Shown: positions 1 to 7,100 of the stretch, piece after piece
Position numbering within the stretch: the stretch's first letter is position 1
How the letters are laid out: each line of letters opens with the position of its first letter
From: Thermoproteota archaeon
GTDB taxonomy: Archaea; Korarchaeota; Korarchaeia; Korarchaeales; Korarchaeaceae
Assembly (NCBI GenBank): GCA_027491395.1
Contig: JAOZFI010000056.1
Span: 1 to 19,487, forward strand
DNA: 19,487 bases
Reading direction: 5' to 3'
Notes under the pieces: model-generated
What the model saw: the letters and a program-made list of their open reading frames with translations, nothing else
Told to the model about the DNA's origin: nothing
Databases searched by the model: none
Translations under genes and position numbers: made by a program

Positions 1-256
1 TGTCCTTGACCGGACCATCGTAGTCCTCGAAATGGATCCAATCCACTCGAGCGCCCTCGGGTATCATCACCCTCACATCTGATTCGAAAGCTCTCACCGC
101 TTCATCGTCCCCCTCGTAGAGGGCCTCCACCATCTTCTTTCCCACGTTACGAGCTTGGAAGCCAGTCAAGTCATGTTCACTGGCCAAGTTTAGGAGGAAC
201 ATGCGGTATCCTGTATCTTGGACCCTCTCCCCCTCTATGATCAGTCTTCTCTTCAT
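1..256 (-). CDS. Acylphosphatase-domain protein, copy A (5' part only; runs off the left end)
   Basis: Manual translation from ATG at 256: MKRRLIIEGERVQDTGYRMFLLNLASEHDLTGFQARNVGKKMVEALYEGDDEAVRAFESDVRVMIPEGARVDWIHFEDYDGPVKD. The VQxxGYR loop and the G..ARN Asn match acylphosphatase catalytic residues. No stop codon before the window edge. Confidence 0.85.
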   Translation of the reverse strand, partial: MKRRLIIEGERVQDTGYRMFLLNLASEHDLTGFQARNVGKKMVEALYEGDDEAVRAFESDVRVMIPEGARVDWIHFEDYDGPVKD

Positions 257-278
257 CGCGGGAATATCAGCAAGATCC

Positions 279-286
279 TATATAAG
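279..286 (-). promoter_or_regulatory. TATA box (CTTATATA) of acylphosphatase copy A
   Basis: Lies about 23 nt upstream of the ATG at 256 and is homologous to CTTAAATA at 19201-19208 of copy B. Confidence 0.6.
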
Positions 287-435
287 AGTTGCCAGACATT
301 CAACAAATTCGGTTGAGTTTTCGAAAGTTTTATGGTTAGATTTATGGGAATAGGGAGAGATAGGATAGGAAGGGATAGGGGAGTGAATCTAGCTTCAACC
401 CAGAGTACAATGCTCTTTACCCAAGCTGTTTCCAG

Positions 436-1548
436 CTACAATCCACTCAGCAGATCGCTAAACCTCCTGAGCCCTTCCCTTAACTCCTCGCTATCACCCC
501 CGAAGCCTATCCTGAAGTGTCCCTCCATCTCAAAGCAACAACCCGGTACCAAGAACACCCTCTTCTCCCTGATCAGCCTGAGAGCCAGCTCCTCTGAGGG
601 CATGTCGAGGGTGTAGCGGGGGAAGGCCACAGTTCCAGCCCTCGGTGGAATCCAGTCGATGAGGGATTCTGACTCTACCCAACCCTTCAGTATCTCGAAG
701 TTCCTCCTGACTATCCCCAAATTCCTCTCGTAGATCCTCTCCACATTCTCCAAGGCAAGTAGGGCGAGATGCTCGAGGAGGATGCTGACGCTTATGGTCG
801 TGTAATCCCTGTGGGACATAAGCTCCTTCATCACCTCCTCATCCCTTGTGGCTATCCAGCCGAGCCTGAGGCCAGTCAGCGACAGGGACTTGGAGAAGGA
901 CCTTGTAACGATGGCTCTATCGCAGAGGTCGAGCATGGAGGGAACCTCATCGCTGAATATGTTCAGCCCATGGTAGGACTCGTCGGCCAGCACGTAAGCT
1001 CCGTACCTATCGGCTATCTCGCATATATGGGACAGATCCTCCCGATCCAGCAGGAGACCGGTGGGGTTGTGAGGGTTGTTTATCACTACAATCTTCGCTC
1101 CCTCGGCCAGCCTTGACAACTCCTCGAAGTCGGGATACCAGGAGTCCTCCTCTCTCAAGCGTAGCAGCCTTATCTCAGCACCGAATGCCTTAGGCAGGCT
1201 GTAGAGCTGCTGGTAAGCCGGGAAGATCGATACTACCTTATCACCCGGTTCGACGAGGCTGAAGAAGACGAGAAAGTTTGCGTCTATGGCTCCTCTAGAT
1301 ATGAGCACGCCCTCAGGGCTCAGATCGCGGTACAGACGGGAGATCTCCTCCCTAAGCTCAGGAAGTCCCTCCACGTAACCGTAGGTCAGTGGGAGGTCCC
1401 TCAGCTCGTTCAAATACTCCTCCTTGCCAACGAACCTCAGGAACTCCCCCAAAGAGAAGGGCTTCACGCATGTCTCGGCCAAGTTCAGCTCGACATCATG
1501 CTCGTACTTACCGATGAACCTCTCGACCAGAAACGGATCGACCTTCAT
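436..1548 (-). CDS. PLP-dependent aminotransferase, class I/II
   Basis: Motifs NNPHNPTG, DESY and SFSKSLSLTGLRLGW (PLP Lys), plus C-terminal FRIGFG; 370 aa. Confidence 0.93.
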   Translation of the reverse strand: MKVDPFLVERFIGKYEHDVELNLAETCVKPFSLGEFLRFVGKEEYLNELRDLPLTYGYVEGLPELREEISRLYRDLSPEGVLISRGAIDANFLVFFSLVEPGDKVVSIFPAYQQLYSLPKAFGAEIRLLRLREEDSWYPDFEELSRLAEGAKIVVINNPHNPTGLLLDREDLSHICEIADRYGAYVLADESYHGLNIFSDEVPSMLDLCDRAIVTRSFSKSLSLTGLRLGWIATRDEEVMKELMSHRDYTTISVSILLEHLALLALENVERIYERNLGIVRRNFEILKGWVESESLIDWIPPRAGTVAFPRYTLDMPSEELALRLIREKRVFLVPGCCFEMEGHFRIGFGGDSEELREGLRRFSDLLSGL

Positions 1549-1566
1549 CGGTGCGCCGGGAAGGTC

Positions 1567-1989
1567 TCAGATAAAAGGACCCTCCCCGATCCTGACCCGC
1601 AACTCCCTGAATCCCTTCCCCTCCCTCCAGATGAAGGCCCCGATCCTGACTCTGGGAACTGAGATTATCACGTAGAGGAAGCTTGGATGGGCCTTCTCCT
1701 CATCAATCTTGGATGGGAAGGCCTTTCCTAGGGGATGACTGTGATAAGCGCCCACGATCTCCATGCTCTCCTTCTCGGCTTCGAGGAAGGCCCTGTACAT
1801 GTCCTCGGGATCTATCTCGTATCTCAGTGGTGTATCTGATATGTTCTTCGCTCTATAAGCTCTTTTAATCGAGAAGCCCTTACTTCTAACCTTTTCACCA
1901 GCTAGGAGGCCGCAAGCCTCTCTAGGGTACTCTGAGAGGGCGTGACTCACTATGCTATCTCTAACTCTCTTTGGGATGAAGACCTCCAT
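1567..1989 (-). CDS. JAMM/MPN+ (M67) zinc metalloprotease, desampylase-like
   Basis: N-terminal EACGLL Glu and the JAMM motif HSHPLGKAFPSKID (HxH-x7-S-x2-D). Lies 18 nt upstream of the aminotransferase on the same strand. Confidence 0.92.
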   Translation of the reverse strand: MEVFIPKRVRDSIVSHALSEYPREACGLLAGEKVRSKGFSIKRAYRAKNISDTPLRYEIDPEDMYRAFLEAEKESMEIVGAYHSHPLGKAFPSKIDEEKAHPSFLYVIISVPRVRIGAFIWREGKGFRELRVRIGEGPFI

Positions 1990-2042
1990 CTCGCTGCCGC
2001 TCGGTCAAGCAGTTTAAGCGTATCACTCAACACTCGCTATGA

Positions 2043-2050
2043 TTTAATAC
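2043..2050 (+). promoter_or_regulatory. TATA box (TTTAATAC) for the C/D sRNA
   Basis: About 20-27 nt upstream of the predicted sRNA 5' end; divergent from the JAMM gene TATA at about 2012-2019. Confidence 0.55.
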
Positions 2051-2069
2051 GGGGCAGGGCAGTGTACTT

Positions 2070-2131
2070 TGGGGCGATGAAGCTGGAGGGGACATCTGAA
2101 GCATGATGAGACACCCCTCAGGCTGAGCCCA
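2070..2131 (+). ncRNA. Archaeal box C/D sRNA (2'-O-methylation guide type)
   Basis: C box GCGATGA 2074-2080, D' CTGA 2096-2099, C' ATGATGA 2103-2109 and D CTGA 2123-2126. Spacers are 15 and 13 nt, with a terminal stem TGGG/CCCA. About 60 nt, intergenic, with its own TATA. Confidence 0.85.
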
Positions 2132-2354
2132 GTCCTAGGATTGCGGCCCAACTCCGGGACGAAATGAAATGACATTGATGGAGAGTTATGGGGGGTGTTC
2201 ATGAACGATGCACCCGTATTACCAGCTCGCGCGCGTGGTTGCTCCTCCTTCTGTGAATTACCTTAGGGGATATGATGCTCTTACTTCTACGTGACTCGGC
2301 CTCATCCAGCGTCCAACGGGAAATCCTTATTAGGCTAGAGTAGTTGACTGATCG

Positions 2355-2717
2355 ATGGCCAGAAGGGTAAAAGTCATCCTCTATGGACTTTTCCCCACCG
2401 TTTACTTCACCGCATCTCCATGCTGCCGCCTCCCAACTCCCGAAGTTGAGCATGGGGAGGAGCAAATCTCGGAGTACCCTTGGTGGATGGTTCATGATCT
2501 CATGCAGGCCGCGGAGATAGCTAGGAGGCTGTCGAAATATGGGAGGAGGGTGAAGGTCGACTTGGTCAGCGCGGACTCTCTCAAGGGCATCTGGATATCC
2601 CTGAGGTACGGTCTGAGGGGAGAACCCTCAGCCATAGTCGATGACTGGGTCTTCAAGGGGCCCTCGCTGGACCCCGACTCGGTCGAGGAATTCGTCAGGA
2701 ACCTGCTCCAGAGGTGA
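2355..2717 (+). CDS. Hypothetical protein, possibly thioredoxin-like fold, with a CC motif
   Basis: 120 aa with host-like codon usage, SPCCR near the N-terminus and a P-x2-IVD strand motif. TATA-like CCTTATTA lies about 23 nt upstream. Confidence 0.7.
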   Translation: MARRVKVILYGLFPTVYFTASPCCRLPTPEVEHGEEQISEYPWWMVHDLMQAAEIARRLSKYGRRVKVDLVSADSLKGIWISLRYGLRGEPSAIVDDWVFKGPSLDPDSVEEFVRNLLQR

Positions 2718-2719
2718 AT

Positions 2720-2950
2720 TCATATCTTCTCGACTTTTATGGCCTCTACAGGGCAGGACATCGCCGCATTTTCCACGCACTCCTTCAACTCATCGGGCAC
2801 CTCGCCAACAGAGATGGCATCTGACAGCTCAACCGAGTACTTGTCCACCACCCTGTTCTTCCCCTCTAGCACGAAGACCTCGGAGCATAGAGTCGGGGCG
2901 ACCCCGCAGGCTATGCAGGACTCCCTATCCACGGTAACTCTCAGGGTCAT
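2720..2950 (-). CDS. Single-cluster ferredoxin (archaeal type) with atypical CxxCxxA motif
   Basis: VTVDRESCIACGVAPTLCSEVF ... CVENAAMSCPVEAI; 76 aa. Confidence 0.88.
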   Translation of the reverse strand: MTLRVTVDRESCIACGVAPTLCSEVFVLEGKNRVVDKYSVELSDAISVGEVPDELKECVENAAMSCPVEAIKVEKI

Positions 2951-3162
2951 ACTCCTATAAGTATGTTATACATAATAAAGATGACTTGAAATAGCATCAT
3001 TAGGGAGGGCATCCGGCTCGCATCGGACCATTTCTCAAGGTGGTTAGTTGGGATGCCCATTCATAGGCCACCTTGGTCAGCCCGTAGCGCGCTCACGCCA
3101 TTAGGTGACGAACTAGGCGCCTTCCACGTAGGAGAGGAATAGACATCCCAAGAGGGGCTTAG

Positions 3163-3363
3163 AGAAGGTCCCTAGAGGGAAGGATCGTAGATGGAAGGCT
3201 GGCCTCCAAGCTAGCATCAGCAGCGAGACTTAGGACCCTGCCGGTACACCGGTACTGGGAGATCTCGGATGAGTTGCTTTATGAGAGCGTTAAGAGAGGC
3301 TTGAGGGATTTCAAGGAATACGCGGAGAGGGTGTCGAGATGGAGCTCAAGTACTACGAAATGA
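3163..3363 (+). pseudogene. HEPN/DUF86 (HepT-like) RNase toxin remnant, C-terminal half
   Basis: The frame from 3163 reads RRSLEGRIVDGRLASKLASAARLRTLPVHRYWEISDELLYESVKRGLRDFKEYAERVSRWSSSTTK*. It has an in-frame TAG at 3160-3162 and no ATG, and it overlaps the start of the downstream MNT gene as in HEPN-MNT operons. Confidence 0.75.
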
Positions 3364-3740
3364 ATGAGGAGGAGATCAGGAAGCTGGTTGAAGATCTCAG
3401 GGCCAAGCTAGAGGCTTATGAGGATATAGTGTTCGCCTATATCCATGGAAGCTTCCTCAAGGGTAGATTCAGAGATGTGGATGTTGCTATCTGGATCAAG
3501 GGAGGTAAAGCAGATGCATTTCACTACACGGTGGAGGTCTCAGCGGAACTCTCTAAGGAGTTCCCGGTAGATCTTCATGTGCTGAATGAGGCCCCTGTTT
3601 CCTTTCAATACCAAGTCTTCACTGGAGGAAGGCTCTTGTTCTCGAGAGATGAGAAGATAAGGTCGGAGGCTATGGATAGGGCCCTCAAGATGCATCTAGA
3701 CTCCAAGGAACTCCTCAGGTCCCTGAGTGCGACTCGCTAA
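3339..3740 (+). CDS. Minimal nucleotidyltransferase (MntA-like antitoxin)
   Basis: FAYIHGSFLKGRFRDVDVAI (GS...DxD) and VDLHVLNEAP; 133 aa. Confidence 0.9.
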   Translation: MELKYYEMNEEEIRKLVEDLRAKLEAYEDIVFAYIHGSFLKGRFRDVDVAIWIKGGKADAFHYTVEVSAELSKEFPVDLHVLNEAPVSFQYQVFTGGRLLFSRDEKIRSEAMDRALKMHLDSKELLRSLSATR

Positions 3741-4402
3741 CCATTTTGAGGGTGCGGACAGATATCCCGTTATAGCCCTTGCGGACGATAGATCCCGTGT
3801 AAGAGATCAGAAAGGTTTGCAGCCTATTCTAACCAGATCTCGCGGATTAACTTCACCCTCAAGTACTGCTGCCAATGGCCCCACCACTCGGAGAGTGAGG
3901 ATTCTGTCGGTGTAGCAGGTCATGATCCAGTGAAAGGCCAGGAGACTCCTCTAGGCTTATGTCCTAGGACGGAGAGGATGTCATCACGCCTCGCCAACCT
4001 TGGTATCCTCGGCCCAGAACGGATTTCAACCCCTAAATCCATCTTCCTATCCCCCGAAGTTATTATGAATACGAGGTTATCCTCTCAACGAAGACTAGGG
4101 ATTTCGAGACCTGCTAAGCGGGACATTCAGGGCCTCAGCCGCCTCCTCAGGGGTTCTTCCACTCATCTCACGTCCGAGAAACTCTCTCTATCCCTAGAAC
4201 TTCAATCATATGTAGGAGCTCTCTCACAGGATCCACATGCCTGAACGCTCGGGGACAATATGACCCCTTTAGGGATATATGACTACAATAGCTACCCCTA
4301 CTCCCGCGTTCAGCCATAGAGGGGGCGATTGGGACCAATGGACCTTACAGCCCATCCAGTCAATATCTGCAACTTTATTAGCCGGGACAGGTCTACCAAA
4401 CG

Positions 4403-4723
4403 ATGCTCCCGATAGTCGTCGAGGCCTCCGCCTCGGAATCATGGCTGGACTCGGTGATAAAGTTCTCCCAAGAGCTCAGGTCCCACTTCGGCAGGAGGCT
4501 CCTCAGGGTTATAGCCCTTCCCAGCCCCGATCAGGAGGTCCACGATTCCAATGTCCTCGTGGTCCTCGACAGGTACGACCTGGGCGATGTGGATGCTGTC
4601 ATAGAGATAGCCTCGCGCATCGATGAGAGGATAAACCCCTTGGTCGCCAGCGCAGATGAGGAGGACGAGGTGGAGGCCTTCCTCCAGGCCGGTGGTAGGG
4701 ATGTCCAAGCTAATCAAGTCTAG
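4403..4723 (+). CDS. Divergent MNT-fold protein, partner of the downstream HEPN
   Basis: MNT-like size and pattern (F...L...FG.RLLRVIAL...DSNVLVVLD...INPLV), but lacks the GS and DxD motifs. Overlaps the HEPN gene start. Confidence 0.7.
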   Translation: MLPIVVEASASESWLDSVIKFSQELRSHFGRRLLRVIALPSPDQEVHDSNVLVVLDRYDLGDVDAVIEIASRIDERINPLVASADEEDEVEAFLQAGGRDVQANQV

Positions 4724-5063
4724 GGTCCTTATAGAGGAGGCGGAGAAGGACTTGGAGCACGGTTCCTACAACAAGGCGGTCTCTGCATCTTATTTTGCCG
4801 CTAGGTTACTGGTCGAGCATTTGATAAGGGGTTTGAAGACATCGAAGGACGATAAGATAGCTAATGCCCTTCAAAGACGGTTAGATGAGAGAATAGGGGA
4901 GGAAAGAGCTCGAGATATAAAGGAGAGGTATCTCAAGCTCTTCATGAGGAGGAAGATCGCTGATCACAAGCCATATCTCTTCTCGAAAGAAGAGGCGGAA
5001 TGGGCGGTATTGGAAGCTAAGAGGCTGATGAGGGAGATAATGGAAGCCCTCTCCCCAAGGTGA
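4701..5063 (+). CDS. HEPN domain protein
   Basis: AEKDLEHGSYNKAVSASYFAA and RKIADH (R-x4-H) ... FSKEEAEWAVLEAKRL. Start reassigned to ATG 4701 after GGTGG, in frame with ORF 4656-5063. Confidence 0.85.
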   Translation: MSKLIKSRVLIEEAEKDLEHGSYNKAVSASYFAARLLVEHLIRGLKTSKDDKIANALQRRLDERIGEERARDIKERYLKLFMRRKIADHKPYLFSKEEAEWAVLEAKRLMREIMEALSPR

Positions 5064-5097
5064 ACGCTTAAGTCTTGCCGGAACTTTTCAACCCCAA

Positions 5098-7032
5098 ATG
5101 AAAGTCGCTTGTCAGAGAGATTGCCTCGATGGTTGTGTCCTAATCTTGGAGGGTGAAGGTCCTGAGGCCTCGGTGCGCGGCGATCCCGATCACCCGGTCA
5201 CCAAGGGGTTCGCATGTCCAAAGGCCCTGAACTTCCCTCACTACTATTCCAGCGGAAGGAGGGTCCTCTACCCACATATCAGGACCGAAAGCGGGTTCAA
5301 AAGGGCGAGCTGGGATCAGGCCTTGGACGTAATCGCCTCCAAGCTTAAGGAGGTAATGAGGGAATACGGCCCACAGGAGATCCTCATATTCAACTACTCT
5401 GGTAACACGGGACTGATAAACTTCAACTATCCACTCAGGCTTGCCTACGCCCTCAACGCCTACCGGGTGCAGTACACGATCTGCGACGAGGCTGGTGAAC
5501 TCGCGCTGGAGCTTCACTACGGGATGCGCTATGGAGCCCTCCCGGAAGACCTTGAGAGGGCTGAAATGGTCGTGGTGTGGGGTGCAAACCCGGCCTCGTC
5601 CAGCGTGCACGCCTATCGGATCCTGGTGGATCTGAAGGTCAGGGGGGCACCCATCTGGGTGATCGACCCTAGAAGGACGAGAACATCTCTGCTGGGGAAT
5701 TACGTCAGGATAAAACCGGGAACCGATTCCTTACTAGCAGCGGGCATCTCTTGGTACCTGATAAATGAGATCGGTGTAGACGAGGCCTTCATATCGAAAT
5801 ACACGGTGGGCTTCGAAGAGTACGCTCGACATATCTCCAAGTACACTCCCGAGCTCGTGGAGGAGGTTACCGGGGTTCCCAAGGAGATGGTAAGGGAACT
5901 GGCAGAAGAATACGCTGAACTTAAGCCCAGCGTCACGTATATCGGTGTGGGAATGCAGAAGACAAAGTATGGGGCCGAAGCCGTCCGCACCATCTCCCTG
6001 ATACCAGCGCTGGTGGGAGTTCACAGGGGTTTCTTCTTCTGCAACTCGTCCCGTGACTTCGACACCGCCTACCTGCAGGGCAGGCATCTGGGAGAGGACA
6101 GGAGGGTTAACATGCTGGACGTTCCCTCCATGCTCTCGCTAGGTCGCTTCAAGTTCCTCTACATCTACAACTCAAATCCCGCAGTTACCCTACCTAGGTC
6201 AGACCTCTTCCGAGAGGGAATGGGAAGGGAGGACCTGTTCTCCGTGGTGCACGATGTGATGTGGACCGAGACGGCTGAGCTGGCTGACGTAGTACTCCCG
6301 GCCCCCGGGATGTTCGAGCAGGAGGATTTCATCGCAAGTTGGTGGCACCCCTATCTGGCCTACTCCCCCAAGGCTTGGGAGCCGCTCGGGGAGAGCAGGC
6401 CTAACTGGTGGGTCGTCCAGAAACTAGCCGGGAAGCTAGGGATGGAGACGCCTGAACTCAAGGAGGATCCTATCCGAGCGTTCAAATGGGCTGTGAGGGG
6501 AAGTGGAATGCTCAGGGTACCTGTTGAGGAGGTGATGAAGAGGTGTTATGTGAGGCTGGAATACCCGCCGAAGCACGAGTACCAAACCCCCTCCGGCAGG
6601 ATAGAATTCTACAGCAGTACAGCGGAGAGGCTTGGTTATTCTCCCCTTCCGGTCTTAGGGTGGGAGGAGGTTGATCCCGATCATCCCTACATCCTAATCA
6701 CTAGCTCGATTCCGGGGAGGACATCCTCGCAGGATGCCATGCCCGAGGATCTCCCGGTGAGGGATCACATACACATCAGCTGTGAGGATGCGGACAAACT
6801 GGGAATGAAATCAGGAGATCTGATTCTCATTCGCTCTCCGTGGTCAGAGGCTATCGCGACGGTCGCGATCGACGACTCCCTTCCCAGTGGAGTGCTGTGG
6901 GCTAGGAGATCAGCTAAGTTCATCAAGGGCGCGGTCAACGATCTCCTGCAGGACGAAAAGCAGGTTATAGCCGGTGGGAACTCGCTCAACAGTAGCAGGG
7001 TATCGATCGAGGCGCTGGTCAGTGAGAGTTAA
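5098..7032 (+). CDS. Molybdopterin-dependent oxidoreductase (DMSO reductase superfamily) with N-terminal 4Fe-4S site
   Basis: CQRDCLDGC...GDPDHPVTKGFACPKA; TICDEAG (putative Mo Cys ligand); VVWGANP; TETAELADVVLPA; TPSGRIEF; C-terminal MGD-binding barrel. Confidence 0.92.
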   Translation: MKVACQRDCLDGCVLILEGEGPEASVRGDPDHPVTKGFACPKALNFPHYYSSGRRVLYPHIRTESGFKRASWDQALDVIASKLKEVMREYGPQEILIFNYSGNTGLINFNYPLRLAYALNAYRVQYTICDEAGELALELHYGMRYGALPEDLERAEMVVVWGANPASSSVHAYRILVDLKVRGAPIWVIDPRRTRTSLLGNYVRIKPGTDSLLAAGISWYLINEIGVDEAFISKYTVGFEEYARHISKYTPELVEEVTGVPKEMVRELAEEYAELKPSVTYIGVGMQKTKYGAEAVRTISLIPALVGVHRGFFFCNSSRDFDTAYLQGRHLGEDRRVNMLDVPSMLSLGRFKFLYIYNSNPAVTLPRSDLFREGMGREDLFSVVHDVMWTETAELADVVLPAPGMFEQEDFIASWWHPYLAYSPKAWEPLGESRPNWWVVQKLAGKLGMETPELKEDPIRAFKWAVRGSGMLRVPVEEVMKRCYVRLEYPPKHEYQTPSGRIEFYSSTAERLGYSPLPVLGWEEVDPDHPYILITSSIPGRTSSQDAMPEDLPVRDHIHISCEDADKLGMKSGDLILIRSPWSEAIATVAIDDSLPSGVLWARRSAKFIKGAVNDLLQDEKQVIAGGNSLNSSRVSIEALVSES

Positions 7033-7100
7033 CGAATTTCCCCGCATGAACCCTCATAGGAAGGATTATCATATTCCCTCCCCTCATTCTTGGGATTCTC

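Larger units (their letters stand above)
1..328. repeat. Left arm of an inverted repeat (pairs with 19160-19487)
   Basis: 1-127 is the exact reverse complement of 19361-19487. 1-256 versus 19232-19487 is gap-free with 21 mismatches by manual count. Promoter motifs are also shared out to about 328/19160. Confidence 0.97.

Noticed and set aside
345-385. Purine-rich stretch with several ATAGG units
   Set aside because: Short and irregular with no spacers, so not CRISPR. Probably a pyrimidine-rich terminator region on the minus strand after the aminotransferase.
332-1868. Plus-strand ORFs 332-616, 769-1116, 1424-1675 and 1683-1868, and similar antisense ORFs elsewhere (e.g. 15683-16264, 17666-18298)
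   Set aside because: Shadow frames opposite well-supported genes, with no motifs.
3727-4626. ORFs 3727-3915, 3930-4244 and 4279-4626, and a minus-strand RESFSDV peptide near 4170-4195 resembling an antitoxin
   Set aside because: Atypical composition and no family motifs. The peptide is flanked by stops and too short to support a pseudogene call.
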